Assembly (NCBI GenBank): GCA_965224465.1
Contig: OZ245049.1
Coordinates: forward strand, 180,001-212,000
Direction of reading: 5' to 3'
Length of the DNA: 32,000 nt
Origin: Flavobacteriaceae bacterium
GTDB taxonomy: Bacteria; Bacteroidota; Bacteroidia; Flavobacteriales; Flavobacteriaceae
Below are positions 1 through 9,697 of the stretch, piece after piece (position 1 is the stretch's first letter; every line of letters starts with the position of its first letter). The position numbers were made by a program, and so were the translations under genes. The notes beneath the pieces are model-generated. The model was given only the letters and a program-made list of their open reading frames with translations, made no database searches and had not been told where the DNA came from.

Positions 1-1467
1 GATAATAGACTGGTGTTGGTTACAGGAATTGTAGGAGAATCCAATGTGTCAGAAAACAAAATTATTGCCTTATTGGAAAAGATCCAAATAAAAGAGTTAG
101 CACCTTATAAAGAAGATGTTGTATCTGCTAATTTATTAGATGGATTGCAACTTATAAAAGGGAGTATAAAAGAAGAAATTTACCACAGTTCTATAGATGC
201 TTATACTTTTGTTCTCTCAAATGGATGTAAGGTGCATTATAAATTTGCAAATAAAAATAAAGGAGACTTTTATATTACAGGGCAAAGTGATGGAGGAAGT
301 TCCTTGTACAAACCAGAAGATTTACCTTCGGTTAATTTTATTAATACACTTGTAAGTGGTTCTGGATTGTATGTACATACCAATAGTCAATTACAAAAAA
401 TATTAACAGGAAAGGTCGCAAGGATTGGAATGGGCGTTTCTGAAACAAATGAAACGTTTACGGGCTATGCTTTGTCTAAAGATGCGGATGTTTTGTTTCA
501 ACAATTTTATTTGAAATTTACACATCCTAGATTTGAGAGAAAGGTCTTCAATCGAAAAATCGAAAATCTTAGAAAACGATTGTTAACAAAAGATAAAAAT
601 ATGCGTTCTGTTAAACGGGACAGTCTACAAGTGGCTATTTACGGGAACGATAATCCGAGAATGTTTCTCAGAGATGCAGCGTATATAGATGCCATTTCTA
701 TGGATAAAGTAGTTTTATTTTACAAGGAGCGTTTTCAAGAGATTGCTGATTTTGAATTCTTTATTGTCGGTGATATTTCTAAGGATGTTTTAAAACCTTT
801 ATTGACTCAGTTTATAGCAGCGATTCCTACAAAAGGAGGGGCTAAAGAAAATTTTGTAGATCAAAAAACAAATTGGAAATCTAAGCAGATTGAAAAAAAT
901 ATTTTTATCGACATGAAAAACCCAAAAGCGGATGTTCGCATGAAATGGAAAAACGCAAATTTCCCATACACAAATAGGCATACCATTCTTGCGAGTATTT
1001 TAGCGGATGTATTGCGATTGCGTTTTACAGCAACTTTGAGAGAAGAAGAAGGAGGTACCTATGGCGCATCTGTTTCTTGTAGGGTATATGACAGGCCTAA
1101 CGAATTTTTAGAATTGTCCGTAAGTTTTGATTGTGAGCCTAGTAAATCAGAAAAACTTATTCAAATTGTATATCGGGAGATTGATAAGATTAAAAAGGGA
1201 ATTATTTCCAATCACGACCTAGAGAAAACAATTAAAAGCGATCTAAAGTCTCGGATTGATAGTAAAAACTTCAACCATTTTTCCTATTCTCAATTGCATA
1301 CGTATATCACTAGAAATTATAATATGGATGCACCTGTTAATTTTGAACACATACTAGAAAGTATTACAAAAAAAGAGTTGCAACAATTTGTAATTGATTT
1401 TTTTAATAATGAGTTGTATTCGTACAAAATTGTTTTTCAACCTTTGGAAGTAACTGTAAACAAATAA
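1..1467 (+). CDS. M16 (insulinase/pitrilysin) family peptidase, C-terminal non-catalytic domains. The 5' end is cut by the window edge.
   Basis: The reading frame is open from base 1 (frame 1), so the listed Met/Leu at 13 is not the real start. The length and the LREEEGGTYGASV-type motif fit M16 C-terminal domains. No HxxEH zinc motif is visible, as expected if the catalytic domain lies upstream of the window. Confidence 0.7.
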   Translation, partial: DNRLVLVTGIVGESNVSENKIIALLEKIQIKELAPYKEDVVSANLLDGLQLIKGSIKEEIYHSSIDAYTFVLSNGCKVHYKFANKNKGDFYITGQSDGGSSLYKPEDLPSVNFINTLVSGSGLYVHTNSQLQKILTGKVARIGMGVSETNETFTGYALSKDADVLFQQFYLKFTHPRFERKVFNRKIENLRKRLLTKDKNMRSVKRDSLQVAIYGNDNPRMFLRDAAYIDAISMDKVVLFYKERFQEIADFEFFIVGDISKDVLKPLLTQFIAAIPTKGGAKENFVDQKTNWKSKQIEKNIFIDMKNPKADVRMKWKNANFPYTNRHTILASILADVLRLRFTATLREEEGGTYGASVSCRVYDRPNEFLELSVSFDCEPSKSEKLIQIVYREIDKIKKGIISNHDLEKTIKSDLKSRIDSKNFNHFSYSQLHTYITRNYNMDAPVNFEHILESITKKELQQFVIDFFNNELYSYKIVFQPLEVTVNK

Positions 1468-1572
1468 GTATTCACCAAAAGAACCAACGCAAAGTTTTTC
1501 TATTCGAAAGACAGTATTTATACGTCTGATTTTAAAAGAAAGAATGATTCTAAATAACATAGAACTTATATA

Positions 1573-4221
1573 ATGAAGCAATTTATTTTTGGTTTGTCAT
1601 GGATGCTACTAAGCCTTTGTACAGGATTTGTCCAGTCACAAAATCGTGTTATTGAAGGGAATGTAACAACTATGGAAGGCAGGGGCTTATTTTTAGCTAC
1701 TGTTTATACTGTTGATAAGCGCTATTATGCGACAACAGATCAGGAAGGTTTTTTCAGCTTAGAAATCCCTGAAAACACCCATGTATTGTATGTTGTCTCC
1801 TTAGGATATGTTTTAAAAAAAGTACAATTATTAGAACATCTTACACCTAATTTAATTAATATTTATCTACAAGAAGAAACCTTACGTCTTCAAGAAGTGA
1901 TTGTTACAGCTAGAAAAAAAGAGAGTAGAGAAGGGACGAGTGTTTACAGAATATCTGGACAGGCTATAAAGCAAATTCAAGCCATTAGTTTAGGGGATGT
2001 TTTATCGTTACTTCCAGGGAATCAGTATCAGGCAAGCAATCAAAATAGGGTGCAGCAAGCCTCGATTAGAACAGCCGCTTCTTCTACTGCGAATTCTTTT
2101 GGTACGGCTGTTATTATAGATGGTGTAGCAATTAGTAATGATGCCAATATGCAAGCTAAAAATCCTGCTTCATCGCTAGGAGGAGGGAATGCAACAGCTG
2201 GAAGAGGAGTTGATTTACGTAGCATTGCTATTCCTGCCATAGAGAGTGTAGAGGTTATTACGGGAATTGCCTCTCCAAAGTATGGGAATTTATCCTCAGG
2301 GCTTATCATTGTAAAAAGTAAAACAGGCGTGCAGCCTTTGTATATTTCTTCAAATATTACCCCAACCACATATCAAATAGGTCTTTCTAAAGGGAATTTA
2401 CTCCCCTCCAATATGGGGGTATTGAATACTAATTTTTCATATATATACGCAACAGCCAGTCCCATTGCTAAAAAGACCTTTTATCAAAATATTAATTTAG
2501 GTTTAAAATGGACAAATTTAGGAGCATCATCCTATCAATGGAAAAACACAACAGCCTTTCAACTCTATTATTCCAACGATGGGAATCGGCATGAAGCAGA
2601 TGAAATTTACAAAAATGAAGCCGATGTAAAGTCATTGAAATACCGTGGGTCACTTTCTGGAGACTTGAATGTTTTAGGAAAATTGTCGTATAATTTTGCT
2701 GCTAGTTTAGAAAAGCAGCATTCATATTTTAATAGTTTACAGATAAATGGGCCTTTGCCTATTGTTGAATCTTTGACAAGCGGCACCTTTTTTACGAGCT
2801 ATACTCCGTTGACCTATGAGCAAGTGAAAAATATTTATGGAAGCCCTATAAATATAAATGCACGTATAGAAGCAATGCAACAATATCAAAAGAATAAATA
2901 TGAATTCTCCTTTGATACTGGACTGCAATTTGTATATGATAAAAATACAGGGAAAGGAAGGGTATCCTCTGGAGATATCTCTTTTACAGGCAATATAGTT
3001 GGGAGTCGTTCGGCTAGGTTTAATTCCATTCCTGCTGCGAGCACTTTTTCTTGTTATCATCAAACACAAATAGTAAGGTCTTCCAAAAACACACGTCAAG
3101 AACTTCGTTTGGGACTGCGTTATGACTATATGAATGAGCAATTTAATTTAGTCTCTCCAAGGATTTCTGCGTCTAGTACTTTTTTTAAACATCTGAAGAT
3201 GACGGCTGCTTGGGGGCTTTCTTATAAAGCACCTGCATTGATTCAAATGTATCCTGGCCCTAGTTATTTTGATTATACAAATTTTAATTATTACTCAGAG
3301 CATCCTGCTCAGCGAATGGCAATTGTATCAACCAAGGTAATACAACCTGTAAACGATGATTTGCAACCGAGCAAGGTAGCACTTAAAGAGTTTAGTATGA
3401 GCTGGAATACACGGAGATTTTCTGCACATATAACTATATATGATAAGCTGTTGGATCATGGCATCTATTTAAGTCCACAATTATTGATTCTTAAAAAACA
3501 ACGCTATGAAGTGGTCGAAACATATACTGATGCTCCGCCGTTAGTTCAAGCTATTCCAGGAGATATTGTACATTTATTGAGAACGGTATATAAGCCTATA
3601 AATAGTTATTCAGCACATACAAAAGGTATAGAAATAACGATTAGAACACCAAAAATTGAGTTGACAAATACAGAGTTCAATTTTCGTTTTGCTCAGCTTT
3701 CTACAAAAGAATTTGACAATAGTTACCGTTTTATGATCTCTAAATATGTGATTGCAGATCAGAAAGCAAGATATGGAGTTTATGAGAATAGGAGTACTAC
3801 AAGTTATTTAAGTAAAGGAAGCCTTACGATGATACAACATTTACCGAGTTTAGGGTTGGTATGTACGCTTTCTGGAGATTTAATTTTTTCTGATTATAAG
3901 GAAAACGAGCAAGGGAGTCTGTACCCATACGCTTATTACGATACTACGGGGAAGTATAATCCTATTGAAGAGAGTGAGCAATCAAGTGTGAAATATGCTG
4001 ATTTGAAATTAGCAGAAAAAACCTTTTCAGTCTATGAAAAACCTCCTTTTTACACAAATTTTAATATACAAATTCGCAAAGAAACGGTGTCGGGACATTC
4101 CTTTAGCTTTTATGCTACTAATTATTTGTGGAAGAATCCTAGCTATGAAATCAACAAGAATAGAAGAACGTTAAACCGTGATATTACCGTAGGTTTTTCT
4201 ATGATATTTAAACTAAAATAA
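1573..4221 (+). CDS. TonB-dependent outer-membrane receptor with an N-terminal CarboxypepD_reg-like domain and a plug domain
   Basis: Signal peptide (MKQFIFGLSWMLLSLCTGFVQS). CarboxypepD_reg-like segment (IEGNVTT...DQEGFFSLEI...). Plug-like motifs (LGDVLSLLPGN, VIIDGVAISN, IESVEVITGIASPKYGNLSSGLIIVKSK). A long beta-barrel-sized C-terminal region. The C-terminus ends in ...IFKLK rather than an aromatic residue. Confidence 0.85.
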   Translation: MKQFIFGLSWMLLSLCTGFVQSQNRVIEGNVTTMEGRGLFLATVYTVDKRYYATTDQEGFFSLEIPENTHVLYVVSLGYVLKKVQLLEHLTPNLINIYLQEETLRLQEVIVTARKKESREGTSVYRISGQAIKQIQAISLGDVLSLLPGNQYQASNQNRVQQASIRTAASSTANSFGTAVIIDGVAISNDANMQAKNPASSLGGGNATAGRGVDLRSIAIPAIESVEVITGIASPKYGNLSSGLIIVKSKTGVQPLYISSNITPTTYQIGLSKGNLLPSNMGVLNTNFSYIYATASPIAKKTFYQNINLGLKWTNLGASSYQWKNTTAFQLYYSNDGNRHEADEIYKNEADVKSLKYRGSLSGDLNVLGKLSYNFAASLEKQHSYFNSLQINGPLPIVESLTSGTFFTSYTPLTYEQVKNIYGSPININARIEAMQQYQKNKYEFSFDTGLQFVYDKNTGKGRVSSGDISFTGNIVGSRSARFNSIPAASTFSCYHQTQIVRSSKNTRQELRLGLRYDYMNEQFNLVSPRISASSTFFKHLKMTAAWGLSYKAPALIQMYPGPSYFDYTNFNYYSEHPAQRMAIVSTKVIQPVNDDLQPSKVALKEFSMSWNTRRFSAHITIYDKLLDHGIYLSPQLLILKKQRYEVVETYTDAPPLVQAIPGDIVHLLRTVYKPINSYSAHTKGIEITIRTPKIELTNTEFNFRFAQLSTKEFDNSYRFMISKYVIADQKARYGVYENRSTTSYLSKGSLTMIQHLPSLGLVCTLSGDLIFSDYKENEQGSLYPYAYYDTTGKYNPIEESEQSSVKYADLKLAEKTFSVYEKPPFYTNFNIQIRKETVSGHSFSFYATNYLWKNPSYEINKNRRTLNRDITVGFSMIFKLK

Positions 4222-4231
4222 ACTAAAATTA

Positions 4232-5515
4232 ATGAATACCTCAATTATGAAAATCAACTCAATTATGACAAAAAAGAAATTCTTTTTTAAACAACAATTA
4301 GTGGTCTTAATGGCCCTATTATTTATGGCCTCTTGTACAAAGGATGAAGAAAATTACCTTGGAACCTTAGAAATTCAGGTTGCATTAAAAGAAGGTTTGA
4401 AGAATATCTCTATAGCAGATGTGACAATTACAGTTTTAAATACAATAGACAATACAAAATTGGAAGGGCAGTCTGATGCTACAGGAAAATATGTGTTTTT
4501 AGATGTACCAGCAGGGAGTTACAATGTAACTGTTTCGGAACGTAGAGAAGAAGAGAACTATACCCTGAGTGGTTCTGTAACAGGTATTAATGTAATTCGC
4601 CAAGAGGTAAGTACTCAAACATTGGTTTTAGAAGCCGTTGAGCCTAATGCTGGTTTGGTGATAAAAGAAGTGTATTACAACGGAGCAGCCGATGGTTATG
4701 TATCTCTTTTTAAGGATCAATTTATAGAGATTTTCAACAATTCTTCGGAAGTTATTTTTGCTGATGGTTTGTATATCGCTAATTTATTTGGAGAAACAGG
4801 AAATGCAAGTAGTAAACATCCAATTTCAGAGGTGTTAAATATTACGAATTACGTATATGCAGATTTTATTGATCAAATTCCGGGAGATGGAACACAGTAT
4901 CCTGTTCAACCAGGGAAAAGTATTGTAATTGCTTTAAACGCAGTTAATTTTAAAGAAGGAAACCCTAAAGCAGCATTTGCAATGGATAATACAGGTGCAG
5001 ATTTGGAACGCTATTCTGTAGAGTGGAGAGAAAATCAAGGATTAACAGGAAGTTCGTTTTTTGATTTAGAAAACCCTGCAGTATCAAATATGACAAATAT
5101 CTACATGAATAATGCCTTGTGGTTATTTGATTTATACGGGACAAGTGTTGTGATATTTAGACAAGATAAGGCGTTTACAGCAAGTGATATTGTAAGCTAC
5201 AAAAAAACGGATACTTCTTCTGAAATATTTTTAACAAAAATTGCAGTAGACAACATCTTAGATGGTGCAGAATTCTTAGAAAATTCTTCTGCTGCTGCTT
5301 ATAAAAGAATCCCTAGCTCTGTAGACAGTGGTTTTAATTTTTTAAAACCTGATGGTGGTGCATTTTATTCTAGTATGAGTATGCAGCGCAAAATTGATAA
5401 AGTACGTTCTGCTCGTTTTGGGAGAGTACTGTTACAGGATACCAATGATTCTAGTGTAGATTTTGAGTCTATTTCAAGTCCTAATCAACGTGGTTATGAC
5501 AATCTTACTTTTTAA
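4232..5515 (+). CDS. Lipoprotein with a CarboxypepD_reg-like Ig-fold followed by a lamin-tail-domain (LTD)-like segment. From memory it resembles the DUF4876 family.
   Basis: Lipobox LLFMASC. The real start is possibly Met12 at 4265 (MTKKKFFF...). The segment TVLNTIDNTKLEGQSDATGKYVFLDVPAGSYNV is CarboxypepD_reg-like. LVIKEVYYNG...FIEIFNNSSEVIFADGLYIA...PVQPGKSIVIA fits the LTD pattern. It starts 10 nt after the receptor stop codon. Confidence 0.6.
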   Translation: MNTSIMKINSIMTKKKFFFKQQLVVLMALLFMASCTKDEENYLGTLEIQVALKEGLKNISIADVTITVLNTIDNTKLEGQSDATGKYVFLDVPAGSYNVTVSERREEENYTLSGSVTGINVIRQEVSTQTLVLEAVEPNAGLVIKEVYYNGAADGYVSLFKDQFIEIFNNSSEVIFADGLYIANLFGETGNASSKHPISEVLNITNYVYADFIDQIPGDGTQYPVQPGKSIVIALNAVNFKEGNPKAAFAMDNTGADLERYSVEWRENQGLTGSSFFDLENPAVSNMTNIYMNNALWLFDLYGTSVVIFRQDKAFTASDIVSYKKTDTSSEIFLTKIAVDNILDGAEFLENSSAAAYKRIPSSVDSGFNFLKPDGGAFYSSMSMQRKIDKVRSARFGRVLLQDTNDSSVDFESISSPNQRGYDNLTF

Positions 5516-5526
5516 GTATTAATGGT

Positions 5527-7068
5527 ATGAGAATTCTAAAATCATCTTTGTTATTTATCCTATTTACATTGCCTATTAGTGGACAAATTGTGAATAATGA
5601 TGCGTTGTGTAATAGTTGTAATACAACTGAAAAAGAGCGTTATTATAAGCAGGTTTATAAGGATACGCCTTCCATGTTAGCACATTGGAATGCTACGGAT
5701 TGGTCGTATATATCTTTGTCGTATTTTAAAGAGAAAGGTGATTTTAGAAATCCTCAAATGTATTCGAAAGCAACTGGTTTAAAACTGAAAACTGCTTCCA
5801 TTGTGAAGCTAGATACATCTGACTGGACGTTTTACGGAGCTTTTGAATACCATAATAAAAGAGTAGATAGTGTGATGAATAACCTCTCCTATTATATTTA
5901 TAGCAATGAGTCTCCGTATTATATATTTATGAAAAAGGCAGGAGATTGGAATTTGCAAAATTACCAATTTGATGTGACGGCTACCAAACGATTGTTCCAT
6001 AAAAAATTAGCGATAGGACTCCATGTAAAATACAAGGTATTGATGGCTTTTAGAACTAATGATACGAGAAATAATCAAACAAATTTGGGGATCGAAAGTA
6101 CACTGTCTGGAACGTATTCTGTTTCTCAAAAAAATGACTGGAGTGCAGGAGTCAAATACTGTAGCAATAAAACAAAATCCAAACTTTCTAATTCCTATCA
6201 GCATGCTTCTCAAGGATTAGAGTACAACCGCTATTTGAATGCAGGTTTGGGAACTTATATAAAAAATATTCCAGCTGGTTTTCTTACAGAGGTAGCGGAA
6301 ATAGGTGCTTTATTACAATGGACTAAGAACACAACAACTAATAGTTATTCTGTTTATGTTGACAGTGGTTTTGGTACCGAAAAATGGATCGACGAAACCA
6401 TCGTATCCGTCTTAAAAAATCAATGTATTTCTCAATATAACTATTCGAAACAAACACTGCATGGTACGTTTATACACCGTTTTAATCAAGGATATCTAAG
6501 GAGTAATTTAAATGGTTTTTTTACAGTGGGTAAAGGGAAATTATGGAAAGAAAAACAACGTCGCTATGTTCAAAATTACAATACAAACCGTTTGAGGCTG
6601 AATGTATCAAACGAGCTGGTTTTTAAAGATAAATTTATACATACAATTGGGCTGTTTTTGGGCTATGATGCTATGGATAATTTTGATAAGAATTACAATT
6701 ATAAATTACAAAATTCTAGTTATGAATATGGTCCAAACATCTCTTTTTTAACTAAAATTAAAGGACGTAGTCTGTTCACAAGTGGAGCTGTTATCTTCCA
6801 TCAAAATAGTGATTATTTACACCGTCCAAATGCTGCTAAAAACAATTTGTTTACTTCGTGGATTGCAAATCCAAGGAGTGATTATTTACGCACTAACTTT
6901 GTGAAATATCAAGGAAACGTACGGTACGCTACGGATTTTGAAGGACAACCTATAGTATTCAATCTTGCCTTAGCATACGATCGTCCAAACAACAAACAAA
7001 GGGTACAATTAGTACAGAATAATACAGATTTTTGGGCATTAAATGCAAGCATACGTTTGTACTTTTAA
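5527..7068 (+). CDS. Predicted outer-membrane beta-barrel protein. From memory it resembles the DUF6850 family.
   Basis: Signal peptide (MRILKSSLLFILFTLPISGQ). Alternating hydrophobic beta-strand-like pattern throughout. Terminal ...SIRLYF aromatic residue typical of OM barrels. It starts 11 nt after the upstream gene. Confidence 0.6.
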   Translation: MRILKSSLLFILFTLPISGQIVNNDALCNSCNTTEKERYYKQVYKDTPSMLAHWNATDWSYISLSYFKEKGDFRNPQMYSKATGLKLKTASIVKLDTSDWTFYGAFEYHNKRVDSVMNNLSYYIYSNESPYYIFMKKAGDWNLQNYQFDVTATKRLFHKKLAIGLHVKYKVLMAFRTNDTRNNQTNLGIESTLSGTYSVSQKNDWSAGVKYCSNKTKSKLSNSYQHASQGLEYNRYLNAGLGTYIKNIPAGFLTEVAEIGALLQWTKNTTTNSYSVYVDSGFGTEKWIDETIVSVLKNQCISQYNYSKQTLHGTFIHRFNQGYLRSNLNGFFTVGKGKLWKEKQRRYVQNYNTNRLRLNVSNELVFKDKFIHTIGLFLGYDAMDNFDKNYNYKLQNSSYEYGPNISFLTKIKGRSLFTSGAVIFHQNSDYLHRPNAAKNNLFTSWIANPRSDYLRTNFVKYQGNVRYATDFEGQPIVFNLALAYDRPNNKQRVQLVQNNTDFWALNASIRLYF

Positions 7069-7230
7069 ATGCTGCATTTAGGGGGTATTTCCCCGTAGCA
7101 CTGTCTAAAAACAGAAACTATTCTTTGGGGTGTGTCTAGTGCGCTTGTACTGAGCCTGTTGGTTTGTGTTTTTTTTAATTTTTATAGATACTTAATTTGC
7201 GGAATTCCCATAGGTTTTGAATTTCTTAGG

Positions 7231-7259
7231 TTTGACTAATTTTTTTCTTGTTATATTTG
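7231..7259 (+). promoter_or_regulatory. Candidate Bacteroidota sigma-A promoter for the YdeP-family gene (-33 TTTG and -7 TAnnTTTG)
   Basis: TTTG at 7231-7234, a 17-nt spacer, then TATATTTG at 7252-7259, 20 nt upstream of the ATG at 7280. This is a motif match only, and such motifs occur by chance in A/T-rich DNA. Confidence 0.35.
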
Positions 7260-7279
7260 ATCAAAACTAGGATCATTTC

Positions 7280-9574
7280 ATGAGATTATCAGCCAAAGAA
7301 AAAGCAGCAACTTCTAACAGGTTTACAGATTTACAAATTACAACGCCTCCTAAAAACAGTGTAGGTTTAGGAGCTTTACAATCTGTTTTTCAACAAGTGT
7401 TTAAGTATATGAAACCTTGGACTGCTGTAAAAATAATGAAATCAATGAATCAAAAGGGAGGGTTTGATTGCCCTGGCTGTGCTTGGCCTGATCCTGATGA
7501 TGATCGTACTGCTTTTGGTGAATATTGCGAAAATGGATTGAAAGCCATGGCGGAAGAAGCCCAAAACAGTTTAGTGGATCTAGATTTTTTCAAAAAATAC
7601 AGTGTGGATATGTTGTCTTGTTGGTCTGATTTTGAACTTGGGAAATCGGGGAGGTTAGCAGCGCCCATGTTTTTATCAAAAGATGGAACACATTATGAAG
7701 AAATTTCTTGGGAAAATGCCTTTCTAAAAATAGGAAAAGCATTAAAAAGTTTAAAAGATCCTGACGAAGCTATTTTTTATACTTCGGGAAGAACAAGCAA
7801 TGAGGCCGCATTTTTATATCAATTATTTGTGCGTGCATTTGGAAGTTCAAATTTGCCGGATTGTTCAAATATGTGCCACGAAGCTAGTGGTAAAGCATTG
7901 TCTCAAACGTTGGGGATAGGAAAAGGGTCGGTTACTTTAGATGATTTCTACAAAGCAGATTTGATCATGGTAATTGGTCAAAATCCAGCAACTAATCACC
8001 CTAGAATGTTGTCCGCACTGGAGAAATGCAAGAAAAATGGAGGTGAAATTATTGCTATTAACCCGTTGCCAGAAGTGGGCTTGATAAAATTCACCAATCC
8101 ACAAAATCCTTATAAAATGCTTACAGGAGGTACTGCTATTGCGGATTTGTTTGTGCCTGTAACTATTAATGGGGACGTGGCTTTATTTAAAGCGATACTG
8201 CTTAAGTTATTAGAAAAGGAAGATGCTGAAGGGGGTGTTTTTGACCAACTCTTTATTAAGGAGCATACCGATGGTTACGATGCTTTTATAACAGATTTAA
8301 AAACATATAATTACGAGGATTGTGTTGAAAAATCGGGTGTTTCAAACGATTTGATACTCCAAATTGTATCAAAAGTAATCAAGCACGAGAAAATTATTAT
8401 TTGTTGGGCCATGGGTTTAACACAGCATGAAAATGCGGTAGATAATATTAGGGAATTGGTCAATTTACTGTTATTAAAAGGAAGTATAGGAAAGGAAGGA
8501 GCAGGGACCTGTCCTGTTCGTGGGCATTCCAATGTTCAAGGAGATAGAACCATGGGGATTTGGGAAGCAGCTCCACAATCTTTTTTGGATAACTTAGAAG
8601 GGAAATACGGTTTTAAACCCAGTGCTAATCATGGTTATTCTGTAATTGATGCCATTGTGGCGATGCATAAAAAAAAGGCTTCTGTATTTATAGGAATGGG
8701 AGGTAACTTTTTATCTGCTGCTCCGGATACTAATTACACGGCAGAAGCATTGGCTAACTGTGATTTGACAGTACAGATAAGTACAAAATTAAATAGGTCT
8801 CATTTAGTAACGGGGAAAGAAGCTTTGATTTTACCTTGTTTAGGAAGGTCGGAAAAAGACATGCAAGGGACGCGGGAACAAATTCAAAGTGTGGAGAACT
8901 CTATGGGAATTGTCTCTTCTACAAAGGGAATATTAACACCTTGTTCCGATAATTTACTAAGCGAAGTAGCTATAGTGTGCCAGCTGGCAACGGCTAGTTT
9001 GTCTGATCATTTTTCTATAGACTGGAAAGCGTATATGAAGGATTACTCCTTGATTAGGGATGATATTGAAACATTGATTAAAGGCTTTGAAAATTACAAC
9101 GAACAATTGAAAAATCCATCGGGATTCTATTTGCCGAATGGTGCTAGAATTCGTCAGTTTCAAACCGCTTCTAAAAAGGCAGAATTTTCGATTAATAAAA
9201 TGTCAGAAAGAGTTTTAAAAGAAAATGAGTTGCTGATGATGACAATTCGTAGTCATGACCAATTTAATACTACAATTTATGGCTTGGATGATAGGTATCG
9301 CGGTGTTTTTAATGAGCGTAGAGTGATTTTTATGAACCGAGAGAATATCAAAAAACAAGGTTTTAAGGAAGCACAAGTTGTAAGGATTATCTCCGAATAC
9401 AAGGGGGTAAAACGCATTGCAGACGGATTCAAAATTGTGCCTTACAGCATTCCCATAAATTGCTGTGCTACGTATTTTCCAGAAGCAAATGTATTGGTGC
9501 CTATTGATAGTTACGCACATACTGCAAAAACACCAAGTTCTAAAAGCGTAGTGGTGAAGGTGGTGACGTATTAA
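7280..9574 (+). CDS. FdhF/YdeP-family molybdopterin oxidoreductase
   Basis: N-terminal CPGCAWPDP motif characteristic of the YdeP group. NMCHEASG (Cys at the Mo-ligand position, with no in-frame TGA). Also GQNPATNHPRM and WAMGLTQH, and a size of about 760 aa. Confidence 0.85.
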   Translation: MRLSAKEKAATSNRFTDLQITTPPKNSVGLGALQSVFQQVFKYMKPWTAVKIMKSMNQKGGFDCPGCAWPDPDDDRTAFGEYCENGLKAMAEEAQNSLVDLDFFKKYSVDMLSCWSDFELGKSGRLAAPMFLSKDGTHYEEISWENAFLKIGKALKSLKDPDEAIFYTSGRTSNEAAFLYQLFVRAFGSSNLPDCSNMCHEASGKALSQTLGIGKGSVTLDDFYKADLIMVIGQNPATNHPRMLSALEKCKKNGGEIIAINPLPEVGLIKFTNPQNPYKMLTGGTAIADLFVPVTINGDVALFKAILLKLLEKEDAEGGVFDQLFIKEHTDGYDAFITDLKTYNYEDCVEKSGVSNDLILQIVSKVIKHEKIIICWAMGLTQHENAVDNIRELVNLLLLKGSIGKEGAGTCPVRGHSNVQGDRTMGIWEAAPQSFLDNLEGKYGFKPSANHGYSVIDAIVAMHKKKASVFIGMGGNFLSAAPDTNYTAEALANCDLTVQISTKLNRSHLVTGKEALILPCLGRSEKDMQGTREQIQSVENSMGIVSSTKGILTPCSDNLLSEVAIVCQLATASLSDHFSIDWKAYMKDYSLIRDDIETLIKGFENYNEQLKNPSGFYLPNGARIRQFQTASKKAEFSINKMSERVLKENELLMMTIRSHDQFNTTIYGLDDRYRGVFNERRVIFMNRENIKKQGFKEAQVVRIISEYKGVKRIADGFKIVPYSIPINCCATYFPEANVLVPIDSYAHTAKTPSSKSVVVKVVTY

Positions 9575-9697
9575 CGTTAGAAACTGTAATAAAAATAAGT
9601 TGTCAAATTTATTTTCAGAACAACCATGGAAAATTATGACTTCAGTAAAAGTCTAAAAAGGAACGCTTTACATTTTAAAAGGTAAAACGCGTCGTTT

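Noticed and set aside
2040-3141. Antisense ORFs inside the TonB-dependent receptor gene (2040-2369 and 2737-3141, minus strand)
   Set aside because: They lie wholly within a well-supported CDS on the other strand and give low-complexity translations. The same applies to the other shadow ORFs in the track: 799-981, 1354-1581, 5809-6213, 7450-7668, 8311-9520, 10038-10322, 10677-10874, 11941-12767, 14376-14570, 15333-16031, 19435-20339, 22346-24379, 26313-26724 and 29618-29800.
7069-7279. A structured, GC-richer segment upstream of the molybdoenzyme gene as a possible Moco riboswitch or operon terminator
   Set aside because: There are small nested stems (TGCTGC...GGGG-TATTT-CCCC...GTAGCA at about 7071-7100) and a T8 run at about 7169-7176. 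I could not find a stable hairpin abutting the T-run, and I cannot match the Moco motif consensus from memory. An Infernal scan with the Rfam Moco model would settle it.
7280-9574. Selenocysteine recoding in the FdhF/YdeP-family gene
   Set aside because: The ORF is uninterrupted, and the Mo-ligand position reads Cys (NMCHEASG). There is no in-frame TGA.
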